Source: Chiloscyllium plagiosum
Taxonomy: Eukaryota
Length of the DNA stretch: 64,000 bases
Assembly (NCBI RefSeq): GCF_004010195.1
Contig: NC_057749.1
Location: 24,946,979 to 25,010,978, forward strand
Reading direction: 5' to 3'
Shown: in pieces, positions 49,326 through 63,998 of the stretch
Position numbering within the stretch: position 1 is the stretch's first letter
How the letters are laid out: every line of letters starts with the position of its first letter
Position numbers and translations under genes: made by a program
The notes under the pieces: generated by a model
Told to the model about the DNA's origin: nothing
Databases searched by the model: none
What the model saw: the letters and a program-made list of their open reading frames with translations, nothing else

Positions 49326-50805
49326 CTATCATTGTTTCTAACCTTGCATTGAAACAATATCCTTCCACTTTCTTCCCTTCTTCAGGACAAGAAGCGCATA
49401 CAGTCACAGAGTCATACAGCACGGAAACAGACCCTTTCAGTCCAACCAGTCCATGCCACACACAATCCCAAACTAAGCTAGTCCCACCTGCCTGCTCCTG
49501 GTTCATATCCCTTCAAACCTTTCCTATTCCTGTACTTATCCAAATGCCTTTTAAAAGTTATAATAGTACCCACATCCACCACTTCCTCAGAAAGTTCATC
49601 CCACACACAAACCACACTCTGTGTAAAAACATTTGCCCCTTGTGTCTTTTTTAAATCTTTCTCCTCTCATCTTAAAAAAAGTGTCCCCCTAGCCATAAAA
49701 TCTCCCATCCTCGGGAAAAGGCAGCTACCATTAACCCTATCTATACCCCTCATGATTTTATGTATTTCTATCAGGTCGCTTCTCAACCTCCCATGCTCCA
49801 GTGTAAATAGTTCCAGCCTATCCAGCCTTTTTTCATAACTCAAACCCTCCATACTTGGCAACATCCTGGTAAAGATTAGAGTGGTGCTGGAAAAGCACAG
49901 CAGGTCAGGCAGTATCCAAGGAGCAAGAAAATCTAGCATCTCTTCTGAACCCTCTCCAGCTTAATAATATCCTTCCTATGACAGGGTGACCAGAACTGAA
50001 CACAGTATTCCAGAAGAGGCCTCACCAATGTCCATACAAACTTAACACGAGGACCTTAGATAACACTGAGGGTCAGTGTCTATACATAGATCTTTGAAAG
50101 TACCAGGACAAGTTAAAAAGGCACAAGATACTTGTCTCTATTAGCTGTGGCATAGAATCCAAAGTAGACAAGCAGGAGGCTGGAAGCACACAGCAAGCCA
50201 GGCAGCATCAGGAGGTGGAGATGTCAACATTTCAGGACTGATGAAGGGTTATAACCGAAACGTTGACCTCTCCACCTCCTGATGCTGCCTGGCTTGCTGT
50301 GTGCTTCCAGCTTGTCTACCTTAGATTCCAACCTCTGCAGTTTGTTTCTGTCTCTAACGTAGAATACAAGAGCAGGGAGGTTCTGATGGATCTGCAGAAG
50401 ATGGTGTGGAGTTCTGGTCACCATACGTGGGAAGGATGTGATTGCACTGGAGGAGGTTCAGAGGAAATTCATCAGGTGGTTACCTTGTCTCAACTGTATT
50501 AGCTATGAAGAGAGACTAGATAGACTGGCTTGCTTTCTGTAGGGCAGAGAAAGGGGTGGGGTGAAACTCATTGAGAACTACAAATTACGGGAGGAGTTGA
50601 CAGGGTAGATAGGATGTGCTCTTTATGTAGTGCTCATTAATCAGATGGCATAGGTAAGGGGGACGAGAGTAGGAGAGCTTTTCAGGAGTATTTGTTTCGA
50701 CCAGAGGGCAGTAAGTGGAACTCCCTGTCTGAAAAGGTGGAAGATGCAGGAGGCATCAAAACATTTAAGGCATATTTAGATGAACATCTGTAATGGCATA
50801 ATGTA

Positions 50806-51077
50806 TGAAATAAGTCCAAAGAAGCAGGTATCCCATCAGCAAATCACCCTGTATTTACTTGGACTTAAAGTGGTGTTGGAAAAGCACAGCAGGTCAGGCA
50901 GTATCCAAGTACATGGACTCTGACCAGCCAGCTGAGAGCCAGTCACTAGATTGAGAAGACTCTCTGAATCTCTTGGTTATCTCTGTCAGCCAGGGCTCCC
51001 TGATTGGACCAGGTTAACAAACTCCAATCAAGGATCTCTTAGTCAATGATATCGACCTGGCCCTGGTTCCAATCACA
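50806..51077 (-). mobile_element. Solo LTR of the same family as the 11.6 and 17.2 kb LTRs, inside a CR1 fragment
   Basis: Reverse complement has CTGGTCCAATCAGGGAGCCCTGGCTGACAG and AGGGTGATTTG..GGGATACCTG..TTTCA. Confidence 0.75.
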
Positions 51078-51869
51078 GGGTGACAGACCAAATGCCGGGG
51101 AATGGGTTAGAGTGGGACAGATGCTTTTTGCGCAGCTTAGACACAATGGGCTGATGGAAACCTTTCTGTAGTAACACTCTATGTCTACACCATTGATTTG
51201 TTGCATGTTCCCCTTCCCCTCTCCACGAATGAGCCTTCACACTATCGCCTCCTGGATTCTGGGCCTTGCCTTTTTATTGCTCCCCCCCACCCCTTGCTAC
51301 CTCTCTTCCACTTCTCTAAAGTCTCCTAACATCACCCCTGCTAATGTCCGTCAAATTAACGGGGGCTTTTCAACTGAGCAAAAAAATGGAGGAACTGTGT
51401 GTCGAGGCGGAGGGTCTGTAAAGCGGAGAGCACAGATACAAGGTGATTGTCAAGAGAATGGGAAGAGTGTGTTGCTGGAAAAGGACAGCCGGTCAGGCAG
51501 CATCCAAGGAGCAGGAGAATCAACGTTTCAGGCATAAGCTCTTCATCAGGAATGAGGCTTGTGGGCTGGGGTCTGAGAGATAAATGGTAGGATGAAACTT
51601 GTTATATTGTTGTGCAGTCATTTCAGTGATTGTTTGCAATGAATCCAAAGGAAGAAAATGTCATCAATGTACCTGGTGCATGGTCAGAGGTCCTGTGCAG
51701 CACAGGAGTCTTATTCAAACTTGTGCATGGCATTGTTGGCACATTGGTCCAAATGTGGTCCCCATGGCTGTTTCGTGTGTTTGGCTGAAGAGACAGTTGT
51801 CGAAGGTGAAGGTGTTCTGATCGAGGGTGAAGCAGATGGGTTATGGATGGTGCCTGGAGATTGGCAGCT

Positions 51870-54265
51870 GTTGGGATTGATCATGGGAGATTTCAATGTT
51901 CAGGTGGACCATGAAAATCACATTGGTAGTTGGTCGCAAGAAAAAAACAATTTGTGGAATGTCTATGAGACGGCTTTTTGGAGCCGCTTGTGGTGGAGCC
52001 CACTAGGGAACAGGCAATACCGGATTTAGTGTGGTGCAATGAGGCAGGTTTGAGAAGGTAACTTAAGGAATCCTGAGGAGGCAGTGATCATAATATGATT
52101 GAATTTACTCTGCAATTTGAGAGGGAGAAGATAGAATCAGAGGTAACTGTATTACAGCTGAATAAAGGCAACTACAGAGGCTTGAGGGAGGAGCTGGGTA
52201 GAATTGACTGGGAGAGGAGCCCAGCAGGAAAAGACAGTGGAACAGCAATGGCAGGAGTAATTCAGAAAACACAGCAGAGATTCATCCCGAGGAAAAAAAC
52301 AGCATGGCACAGGGAGGATGAGGCAATATGGCTGACCAGGGAAATCAGGGAAAGCATAAAAGCAAAAGTGAAAGCATATAAAGTAGCGAAGAACAGTGGG
52401 AAATGAAAGGATTGGGAAGCTTACAAAGATCAACAGATAGCAACTAAAAAAGAAATAAGGAGGGAGAAGATTAAATATGAGGGTAAGCTTGCCAGTCATA
52501 TAAAGGAAGGCTGTCAGAGTTTCTTTTGATATATAAAGGGCAAAAGAGAGGCAAAAGTGGACTTTAGGCCACTGGAAAATGGAAAGATGGTAGTGGGGAA
52601 TAAGGAAATTGCTGAGGAACTGAATAATTACTTTGTGTCAGTCTTTACAGTGGAACACATGAGTAATATCCCAAAACTTCAGGAGAGTGAGGGGGTAGAG
52701 CTGAGTATGGTGGCCATCACCAAGAATAAGGAGCTGAAAAAATTGAATGACCTAAAGGTGGATAAATCACCTGGACCAGATGGACTACACCTCGGAATTC
52801 TAAGGCAGATAGCTGGAGGCATTAGTGGTGATCTTTCAGGAATTGCTAGAATTAGGGAGGTTCCCAGAGGACTGGAAAATTGCTAATGTGACACCACTGT
52901 TTAAAAAGGGAGTAAGGTAAAAGATGGAATCGGTTAGCCTAACCTCAGTCATGGGTCTGATCCTGGAATCCATTGTGAAGGATGAGATTTCTGAATACTT
53001 GAAAGTATATGGTAAAATAGGGCAAAGTCAGTATGGTTTCATCAAGGGTGACAAATCTTCTAGAATTCTTTAAGAAAGTAACAAGCAGGTTAGACGAAGG
53101 AGAGCCAATGGATGTTATCTATCTGGACTTCAAGAAGGCCTTTGGCAAGGTGCTACACAGGAGACTACTGACTAAGATAAGAGCCCATGGTGTTAGAGGC
53201 AAGATGCTAGCATGGATAGAAGCTTGGCTGTCTGGCAGAAAGCAGAGAGTGGGGATAAAAGGGTCCTTTCTCAGGATGGCAGCCGGTGACAGATGGTGTT
53301 CCGCAAGACTCGGTGTTGCGACCACAACTTTTCACTTTATACATTAACGATTTAGCTGAAGGAAATGAGGGCATTCTGGCTAAGTTTGCAGATGATACAA
53401 AGATTGGTAGAGGGACAGGTAGCATTGAGGAGGCTGCAGAAGGATTTGGACAGGTTAGGAGAGTGGGCAAAGAAGTGGCAAAGGGAGTACAATGTGGGAA
53501 AGTGTGAGGTCATGTACTTTGGTAGGAAAAATAGAGGCATGGACTATTTTCTAAATGAGGAGAAAATTCAGAAGTCTAAAGTGCAAAGAGATTTGGAAGT
53601 TCTAGTCCAGGATTCTTTCAAGGTAAATTTGCAGATAAAGTCAGTAGTTAGGAAGGCAAACTCAATGGAGACATTTATTTTGAGAGGACTTGAATATAAA
53701 ACAGGGATGTACTTCTGAGGCTTCATAAGGCTCTGGTCAGACCACATTTGGAGTATTGTGAGCAGTTTTGGGCCCCATATCTCAGGAAGGATGTACTGGC
53801 CCTGGGGCATGTTCAGAGAAGGTTCATGAGAATGGTCCCAGGAGTGAAAAGCTTAACATATGAGGAATGTTTGACGACTCTGGGCCTATACTCAATGGAG
53901 TTTAGAAGGATGAGGGGGGATCTAATTGAAACTTACAGAACACTGAATAGCCTGGACAGTGTGGATGTTGGGAAGATGTTTCCATTGGTTGGAGAGACTG
54001 GGACCCGAGGGTACAGCCTTTTAGAGTGGCAAGAAGGAGAAACTTCTTCAGCCAGAGAGTGGTGAATCTATGGAATTCATTGCCACAGAAGGCTGTGGAG
54101 GTCGGGTGGTTGAGTATATTTAAGACAGAGATAGATAGGTTCTTGATTGTAAAGGAGATCGAGGGTTACGGGGAGAAAGTGGGAGAATAGGGTTGATTGA
54201 ATAGTGGAGCGGACTCGATGAGCTGAATGGCCTAATTTCTGCTCCTGTGTCATGTGGTCTTATGA
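51870..54265 (+). mobile_element. Long 5'-truncated CR1 LINE (end of endonuclease, RT, 3' tail), frameshifted
   Basis: MGDFN; KSPGPDGLH; DVIYLDFKKAF; GVPQDSVL; FADDTKI; RGDLIETY. Confidence 0.93.
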
Positions 54266-54750
54266 GTACTGAGGCTGTTGTGGGGGATATAGGTGTGGAG
54301 TGCTGAAACGTCCATTGTGAAGAGGAATGTTCTTGATTCGACTGATCTGTGGGTGCTGAGTTTCTCTAAGAAACCTGTGGTGTCACGACAGAAGCTGGGG
54401 GTTCCTTGTACAATGGGTTTCAAGATGCCCTCGACATAGCCAGAGAGTTTCTCATGCAGGGTCCCATTGCCTGATATTTGGGACATCCAGGTGTGTTGAT
54501 TTGTGATTCAGCTGTTGACACTTTACTCACACCATCTGACACTCTTGATCACCTACAGAGACTTATTATTCCATCTGCTGACACTCTATAAATACCAGTT
54601 GTATAATCTTTTGATCTCTCCGACTATAAATTCTGTGCCTGTGCTCTTCCCTTCACTTCACCTGACAAAGCAGCAGTGCTCTGAAAGTGTGTGATTTCAA
54701 ATAAACCTGTTGGACATTAACCTCATGTCGTGTGATTTCTGACCTTGGAC
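54266..54750. mobile_element. Penelope-like RT fragment (minus) joined to an inverted terminus (plus)
   Basis: ISGNGTLHEKLSGYVEGILKP..SFCRDTTGFL..TMDVSALHTYIPH; terminus matches the 58.1-kb palindrome family. Confidence 0.8.
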
Positions 54751-57648
54751 ATTTAACGACTAACAATGGGTGGCGTGTAATAGCAGACCATGTGATAACA
54801 AGGCCTGGTGTGTGGGGGTTAGGGTAAGGACATGGGAGAAGGTACCTCAAGCCCTAATATTGTCAAACTCAATATTGAGTCCAGAAGGCTATAGAATTCC
54901 CAATTGGAAAATGAGGTGCTGTCCTTCCAGCTTGTGCTGAGCTTCACTGGAGCACTGCAGCAGACAGAGATGTTGGCCAGGGAACATGATGGGGTGTTGA
55001 AGTGGCATTGCATGGTGAGCTGTAATGACATGAATGAACGGCCTGAGTGTTGAGAACATAGTCCATAATAATCTTCAAAGCGAATTTAGATAAATACCTG
55101 ATGAGGTGAAATTTGCTGAGATTGTTGGAGGAATAGGACTAATTGGAGAGTCCTTTTAAAGCCCCTATAGGAAAAATACCTAAAATGGTCTGTGCTGAAC
55201 TGTCTGATGATTTCATGATTCGAAATGCTGAGCAAATCATTACTTATGCAAAGTTCTTGAATTAATTCCGACACTGACAGGTAGAGCTATTTGATCTTCC
55301 TCAAAAGGGATTTGATTGAAATTTCAAAAGGCATTTGTGAAGGTAAATTCCAACACCTTGCCAAACATCTCAGATGTGTTAATTGCAAGACGTTTTCAAG
55401 ATAAATATAAGCTTCACCTCACCACTTGGGTTGACTGTTCATGTGGCTAATGTGGGGCTGAGATGTTCGATTGCGACTCTATGTTGCAACAAGTTTCAAA
55501 CAAGGCGGGAGATAATCCTCAGTCTATAAAGAAACTCCTCAAACTAGAATTCTTAAAAATAAACATTGGGGAGTCGGTCCTAGTGAGGATATCGCTCTGA
55601 AATACACTTTTGGCCCATAAATACATTACAGCTCGGAACTTGGCATCAGTGGAGAAGCAGTGCCTTTCTGTCTGTCCCCACAGAAAGCTATCCCACAAAG
55701 ATCGAGCAATCTCTGTGACTTGGATTGTCCCCTTTCTCAGTGGCGGGTTCAGCCTGGCCAAGGGACGATATTAGAACGTGCCAGCAGCCAGTCAGGCAAC
55801 CAAAGCAAAAAAAAAATACCGATGCTGGAAATCAGAGTCAAAACACAGAAATTGCTGGGAAACTCAACAGGTCTGGCAGCTACTATTGGAGAGAAAGCCC
55901 CTGGTTCCAGTGACCCTCCTTCAGAACAGACTGTAGCTCAGTGAAGATTGGTGTACATGCTGAAGAAGGGGTGGGGGGAGGGGGGGGGGGTGGCAGGAGG
56001 TAAACTATAGGGGCAGATGGAGCCCAGAGGTAGAGAAAAACAATTGGGCAGACAAAGGGATGGGTAAAAATCAGCCTGGGGGAATCCAATAGCTACTAAT
56101 GGGGACCATTAGTGACTGATAATGGGATGGTTATGGTAGCAGCCCATAAGATGACAAGACCTGGTATGTAGGGATTTGGGGTAAAGACTTGGGAGTCTCA
56201 AAGGGTTCCCAAGTGGAAAATGAGGTGCTGCACTTGGCTGGGGCATTGCAGCAAGCCCGAGACTGGGGGGGTCAGCCAGGGAACATGGTGATGTGTTTAC
56301 AATGCAGGCAAATGGAAGCTTGGGGTCGTTTTAGAACGTTGGTATTCCACAAAGCAGTCACCCAGTCTATGTCTGTCTCCCCACTGTACAGAAGGCACCC
56401 AATAACATTGGAGTATTCACACACATTGAACTTGGAAATTTAAAGCACTTAATATCTTTCACTGGTAATTGAAATTTTCTGACAATGAAGTTAACCATTA
56501 TAATTGTGTAAGGAAGCGAACTGTTTCTTCTTTGTGGCAAGTTTGAAATTGCACAACTGAAATTTGGCGTTTTCAGGATCAGTGAAGATTTTCAACAGTT
56601 GTTATAAGTTTAAGCCACCGCTAAAAGTCAAATTATACTCAACACATTCTAACATTTTCAATGTCTTTTGATTCATTCATGGGATCTGGGTGTTGTAGGC
56701 TGAGGCAGCATCTTATTGCCCATCCATTATTGCCCTTGAGGTGGAGGTGGTTTGAACCACTGCAGTCCATGGGTGGCACAGTGGCTCAGTGGTTAGCACT
56801 GTTACCTCACAATGCTAGGGTCCTGGGTTCGATTACACTGTGACTGTCTGTGTGGAGTTTGCACATTCTCCTCGTGTCTGCGTGGGATTCCTCTGGGTGC
56901 TCTGGTTTCCTCCCACCATCCAAAGTTGTGCAAGTTAGGTGAATTGGCCATGCTAAATTGCCCCATGGTGTTCAGGGATGCGTAGGTTAGGTGTGTTAGC
57001 CATGGGAAATGCAAGGTTAGAGAGATGGGAGACGGGGATGCTCATCAGAGAGTCGGTGAGGATTTATTGGGCTGTTTCCACACAGTAGGGATTCTATTCT
57101 ATTTGTGTGTTATCGGTAGACCCACAGTGCCATTAGGAGGGAATTCCAGGATATTGACCCAGCACCACTAAAGAAACGGTGATATATTTCTCCATCAGGA
57201 TGGTGATTGGTTTGGAAGAGAACTTGCAAAGGGTGGTGTTCCCATATATGCAGCCCTTGTCTGTCTACCTGGTACAGGTCACAGGTTTAGAAGGTGCTGT
57301 TAAATTAGCCTTGGTGAATTCCTGCAGTGCATTGTTAGCAGAGGCACACCAGAAGGTGAGGTAATACTGCACCTACATTTCACCTTGTAAAAAGGATCTT
57401 CCTCTTAACCCACCCTACAGTGCTGTTTCCTTTGAGCATAAATTTTAAATTGGAGAGGGAAGGCGTGTCCATTTTGAAGCATTGGTTCTCCATCAGTTAC
57501 AGTTCCATCAGTTACAGTCCCAGTTCTCTTACCAAAAGGCACAGCAGTGGCCAGAATGGCTATTCCTGCTCCTAATTTGTATTCATAATTTCACAAGTAC
57601 TCTTGAAAACCCTCACCAGCTCTGAAAAGCAAAGTGACATTTTTTAAA

Positions 57649-57955
57649 ATTAGATTCCCTACAGTATGGAAACAGGCCCTTTGGCCCAACAAGTCCACAA
57701 TGACCCTCCAAAGAGTAACCTACCCAGACCCATTTCCCTACCCTATATTTACCCTGACTGGGCAATTTAGCATGGCCAATTCACCTGACCTGCACATCTT
57801 TGGACTGTGGGAGGAAACCAGAGCTCCCACAGGAAACCCACGCGGACACAGGGAGAATGTGCAAACTCCACACAGACAGTCAACTGAGGCTGGAATAAAA
57901 CCCAGGTCCCTGGTGTTATGCAGTAGCAGTGCTAACCACTGAACCACCATGCCGT
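57649..57955 (-). mobile_element. HE1 SINE
   Basis: HE1 sequence. Confidence 0.88.
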
Positions 57956-58007
57956 GACATTTATATAATCTCAAACTTCTTCCCAGGGAAAAAACAATTC
58001 CATTTCA

Positions 58008-58234
58008 GGATTTGGAGATGCCGGTGTTGGACTGGGGTGTACAAAGTTAAAAATCACACAACACCAGGTTATAGTCCAACAGGTTTAATTGGAAGCACAC
58101 TAGCTTTCGAAGCGATGCTCCTTCATCAGGTGATTGTGACAAACTACCTGATGAAGGAGCGTCGCTCCGAAAGCTAGTGTTTCCAATTAAACCTGTTGGA
58201 CTATAACCTGGTGTTGTGTGATTTTTAACTTTGT
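58008..58234. mobile_element. Penelope-like palindrome (second family) with a hammerhead motif on each arm
   Basis: Arms 58040-58235; TSD AATTCCAT(T/A)TCA at 57996-58007 and 58235-58246. Confidence 0.8.
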
Positions 58235-60212
58235 AATTCCATATCACTGTGAGACATAGGCGCAGAATTAGACTATTTGGCCCATCGAGTCTGCTCACCC
58301 TATAGTTTAGCTTTTTTCCTTAATCGTTATTGTTTATTTCTGAAGATTTAAATCTGCTGAAACTTTTTGGTCTTGAACTGGCACTGAGTCATGACCAATA
58401 GTAAGGATTGATATTTCATCAAACAGCAGAGGAAAAGAGACAGATAAGGTGATGTGCTCCTCACACTAGGCAGGAGAGACACTTGACGCTCAATTCTGAG
58501 ACCCAGACTTGCATGTAGAGAGGTTGTGGTTCAGGGATAGGACCGATTGGGTTCACCAGAGAAAAATGGATCCAGACAGCCATTCAAACTTCAGGCTGTA
58601 TTAATGCCGGTAAAGCTCACTGGGAATTAATTGCCGTGGCTTAGGCTGTTGTCAGAGAAACTCAACTGGATTCATACCAAGTGCTTTGTTCAATGGCATA
58701 GTAATTATTCATCAAGCTTAGGAATGTGAATGACCAGCGATCTGAAAAATGTTGCTTACTTCTGGACATGAGAAAGATATTTTGCAACCTCATGGTCACA
58801 GGCTCATGAAATCACAGAAGACCATGATTACTCATTGGAAGCCGGATCCAAGTGAATGGAAAATGTGGTGCAATAAACTGGACCAGATAAATCTGATGAA
58901 CAAATAGCTCATGCTCTTTTAATGAGCCATTGAAAGTTTTTTTTTCTTATTCATTCACAGGATGTGGGCATCACTGGCTGGGCCAGCAGTCATTGTCCAT
59001 TCCTAATTATCCAGAAGGCAGTTAAGAGTCAACCGCGTTGTTATTGATAAAGGGGTCAGATGTAGGCCAGCCCATGGAGGGATGGCAGTTTCCTTCCCGA
59101 AAGGACATTAGGGAACCAGATGGATCTTCATAACAATCGGTGATGGTCACCATTGGGCTACCACCTTATACTGGAGACTTAGTGAATTTAGATTTTGCCA
59201 GCTGCCATAGTGGGATTTGAATCCATGCCCCCGAACAATGGCCTGGGTTCTGGGTTACTAGTCCAGTGGCTAATTGAACTCGTGCCCTAACACTAGCAGA
59301 ATTCCTCAAGTGTGTTGACAAAGTTCCTGGTGGGGTGCTCTCGTTTCGACTCCTCTACTCTGGCTGCCATTAGGTCAGCTTTTCTTGTGGCCTCCGACCC
59401 CTGACAACAACATACATAGAAACATACAATCCCTACCATCGGCCCAACAAGTCCACACCGACTGCCCAAAGAGCATCCCACCCAGGCTCACCTCAGGGAG
59501 GAAACCGGAGCACCCGGAGGACCTTGGAACTCCTGGTCTCTGCACAGACGTGACGAGGCATTCTCTCGGCTTTGCGAAGCGGCCTGGCATGGAGACCTCT
59601 CAGATCGACATGGCGATCTCTCGGCCTGGTATGGCTTCAGCATGGATGCCCGGTCTCAAGGTGATTTCCCGGCCTCATGAACCCCCAGGTGAAGCCCAGT
59701 GCAGTCTAAAGTCAAGGCCCAGCACAGACAGGAGGTTAGATACCTGCATGGACTGGGTTGGAACACCATGTACTGAACTTTCTTCTCTCCATGATATAAA
59801 TTATTCCTAACATCTGCAATGCTAGACTTCTTATTTTTCTATTTTTCTAAGAACCAGACGTAGGAACCTTGTACCTAAGATGACGCCATAAAGGGTGACT
59901 TTAGCACTTTTCATGGTACTAATTTGAGTACATGTGACAATAAAGCTCATTCTTAATTCTCATTTTTAATTGATTTTGATTTTCACCATCTGCCACAATG
60001 TGACTATGAACTGAGATTACTAACCTAGAGTTCTGGATTGCTAGTCCAGTCTGATTACCACCACCTCCCTACACGCTGAAGCAGTGATGTATCTCTTCAA
60101 CAACAACAGCCTTTTCGAATAGTTTCTGAAATATGGGATTTCCCATCATTTAATGAATCTCAAATGCAGATGTTATTTGGTGGGGGACTGGTAGAGGATT
60201 TTGGTTTCCTGG

Positions 60213-60730
60213 TCATAGAGTCATAGAGATGTACAGCATGGAAACAGACCCTTCGGTGCAATTCTTCCATGCCGACCAGATATCCCAACCCAATCTAGTC
60301 CAACCTGCCAGCACCAGCCCATATCCTTCGTAACCCTTCCTATTCATACCCATCCAAATGCCTCTTAAATGTTGCAATTGTACCAGCCTCCACCACATCT
60401 TCTGGCAGTTCATTCCATACACGTACCACCCTCTGCATGAAAAAGTTGCCCCTTAGGTCTCTCTTATATCTTTCCCCTCACCCTAAACCTATACCCTCTC
60501 GTTCTGGACTCCCCGACCCGAGGGAAAAGACTTTGTCTATTTATCCTATTCATGCCCCTCATAATTTTGTAAACCTCTACAAGGTCACCTCTCAGCCTCC
60601 GACGCTCCAGGCAAAACAGCCCCAGGCTGTTCAGCCTCTCCCTGTAGCTCAGGTCCTCCAACACTGGCAACATCCTTGTAAATCTTTTCTGAACCCTTTC
60701 ACGTTTCACAACTTCTTTCCGATAGGGTGA
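60213..60730 (-). mobile_element. CR1/HER1 3' fragment
   Basis: ERVQKRFTRMLP..RRLRGDLVEVYKIM; (CTCTATGA)n tail. Confidence 0.9.
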
Positions 60731-61771
60731 TCAGGGGAAATCTTTTACCGTCATAAACTTTGGTAAAAAGATCAACGATCAATTGTAATCCTCTTTCAGA
60801 CTGAACACTGACTTGTGCATTATAAGTACCCTGTCATCTACACTTAAAACGTTAGCTTGCTCTCGCTCTATAGATGCTGTCTTACCCATTGTGATCTCCA
60901 GCATTTGTTGTTTTCAGTAGATTCCAGCATCTACAGCAACTTGCTCCTATCAGTATCCTGTAATCCTATTATACATGTGGTTGATGTCTTGGTTTTGGCT
61001 TTCAACTAATGGAAAAGACTAATATTTTATGTACTAAGCTGTACAATGCTAAATAGTTATACTTCCTGACCACACTTAATGATCCCTAAGGCATTACTTT
61101 CTCTCCAGTTTTAGGTGAATTACTGTCTCATTATAGTTAAATAATAACCATGAATTCCAAGCTACTCAGTCTGGATGTTCTTCAGCAGGGTAATGTGAAT
61201 TTGGATGCCTTGATGACCAAGGAATAGTTGGTTTCAGTCCAGCAGAAGCTGGATCTTCTGAAACGAAACTCATTTCAAAGTCAAAAGAGTTCAGAAGGCG
61301 TATGACCGCAGGAGCAGAGTTGGTACAAAGTGCCATCAAATTAAAGTCCTGACAGGAAAGGCAACAAGTGAGGAAATGGGAGAATGTTACACTTCAGGAA
61401 CCTGAAGAAGGGCTTTTGCCCGGAACGTTGATTTTCCTGCTCCTCGGATGCTGCTTGACCTGCTGAGCTTTTCCAGCACCACTCTAATCTTGACTCTGAC
61501 CTCCAGCATCTGCAGTCCTCACTTTCGCCATAAGGTGTTAGCTCAGTGTCAGCATTCTGCATCCGAGTGACAAAGCTGGGGACTGAAGCTATACTGTAAG
61601 GCACTGGGTACATGATCCAGGCTGAAACTTAAGTGTAGTCAGTGGGAGTGCTGCAGTGCCAGAGATTCCTCCTTTCAGGTCAGACCCAGACATTCTCAGG
61701 CAGTCATAGAAATCCTCATTAAATGATCCAGGGAACAGCAGGGGGATTTTCTTAGAGATCTGGTCAATATT

Positions 61772-62807
61772 CAACAGGAAGATGGTTGTGGGTGTTGGAT
61801 GTCAGTCATCTCAGCTCCAGGACATCTCTGCAGGAGTTCCTGAGGGTAGTGTCCACAGCCCAACCATCTTCAGCTGCTTCATCAATGACCTTCCCTCCAT
61901 CCTAAGGTCAGAAGTGGGATGTTCGCCAATGGTTAGTCAATGTTCAGCACCATTCATGACTCCTCAGATTCTGAAGCAGTCCATGTCCAAATGCAACAAG
62001 ACCTGGGCAATATCCAGGCTTGGGCTGACAAGTGTCAAGTAACATTCGTGCCACACAAATGCCAGGCTGTGACCATTACCAACAAGAGACAATCTAACCA
62101 CCACCCCCTTGACATCCAACAGTGTTACCATCACTGAATCCTCTACTATCAACATCCTTGGGGTTACCATTGATCAGAAACTCATTTGGACTCACCACAT
62201 AAATGCAGTGGCTACAAGAGCAGGTCAGAAGCAAGGAATACTCCAGTGACTAATTCATCTCCTGACTCCCCAAAGCACAGCTACAAGGCACAAGTCAGAA
62301 TTGTGATGGAACACTCCCCTCTTGCCTGGGTGAGTGCAGCCCCAACAACACTCAAGAAGCTTGACACCACCCAGGACAAAGCAGCCCAATTGAATGGCAC
62401 TACACTCCTTGAACCACCAATGCTCAGGAGCAGCAGTGCATACTTTCTACAAGATACAATGCAGAAATTCACCAAAGATCCTTCGACAGCGCCTTCCAAA
62501 TCCATGACCACTTCCATCTAGAACGACAGGGATAAGGATGGCAGATATATGGGGACACCACCTTCAAGTTCCCCTCCAAGTCACTCACAATGCTGACTTG
62601 GAAACGCCATTCCGTCACTGTTGTTGGGTCAGAATCTTGGAATTCCCTCCCTAAGGGCATTGTGGGTCAACCCACAGCAGGTGGACTGCGACGGTTCAAG
62701 AAGGCAACTCATCCCCATGGTCCCATGGGCAATGAGGGACGGGCAATAAATGCTGGGCCCAGCCAGTGACACCCACATCCCACAAAATAAATAAATATTT
62801 CAAACAA
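61772..62807 (+). mobile_element. L2/CR1-group LINE 3' fragment nested in a DeuSINE-like copy (~61530-62990)
   Basis: AGVPEGSVHSPTIFSCFINDLP..QQDLGNIQAWADK; TSD AATATT at 61766-71 and 62808-13. Confidence 0.85.
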
Positions 62808-63364
62808 AATATTTATTCCCTCAGAACCATCTCCGAAAACTGTAGCTGGCCATGGTTCCATTGCAGTTTGTCAGACCTTACCGTCCACAAATTGACTACT
62901 GTACTCTCTACATTGCAACACTACGATGTAAAGCACTTTGGGACCTTCTACGGTGGTGAACGGCACTATATAAATGAAAGTCTTTCTTCCTCCGTCCTAT
63001 ATGTCACTCCAGTTTGTGAAGCATGGCTTTAATGATTTTCACTGAAGATTGGGGAGGGGGTGTGAAAGTTACTTTGTGTGAAAACGAATCGCTTTTCAGT
63101 GTTGGACTAAGTGTAAACACATATCAAATATGTACCAGAAGGCATCTGGTTCAGCACAGGATTGTTCCTGAGCTGAGATTCTGTTGGCGCAAGGAGGCAT
63201 GCCAGGAGAAGCACCAGGCATTTCTAAAAGTGAAGTGTCATTTGGCAGAGATTCAACCCCAAAACTATTTGTGTGCAAAACAACATCAGCAGCAAAAGTG
63301 ACGAGACTAAGTGATTCCACCGGCAACAAACGAAATCTAAGCTCTGCAGTCATGCCACTTAATT

Positions 63365-63998
63365 TGTTATGAACCAGACCAGAACCCCTCAAAATAGTTT
63401 CAGAAGGTAGCCTAGACCTGAATGTTTTATTAATTTAAAAGCAAACATGTTCCAGACACAATGCAACAGGTCCAACTATTCCATGTTAAGCAAAACAGAG
63501 TTTATTGAAACACTGTAGTTAAAATGCAACCAAAGAAAGTAGTTATTAGAACATCTTAACTCTATTGGAAAACTTAACAGAATAATAGGGTAACTATTAC
63601 TAATGAACTGTTCCAATATAGTAGTATCCCATAAACACAGCCCGTGGCAAAAAAGGCAAATTCAGACACAGGTCCTCACACGCAGTTCTCCAGTCCAGGA
63701 GGAATAACCATCAAGAGAAAATTCAGGGAACGTAGCAGCCAGGAGACATTCACTAAAGAGCCCAACTCTGCAGGGACCCCAACAGCTTCTGATGCTACTG
63801 TGAAAACCAAAGCCCAGTATTCCTGATCTGTGAGAGCTGGTCACTCTCATTCAGGCTGTTTAAAATAAAAACAACCCTGAAGCTTCGCAAGCTGTTTACT
63901 CAAGTGCTCTTCAGCAGCCAGCTCAGTACATCTTGTTCAATCCCTCTCTTAAAAGTGATCAGGACAAAATATCCTCTTACAGCTACAGCACCATCACA
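63365..63998 (-). mobile_element. LTR of the 36-kb family
   Basis: TG...CA ends; colinear similarity to 36002-36639; AATAAA on minus strand near 63501. Confidence 0.75.

Noticed and set aside
61150..61305. Protein-like plus-strand stretch MNSKLLSLDVLQQG...
   Set aside because: In-frame stop, no recognisable family and no clear splice partners
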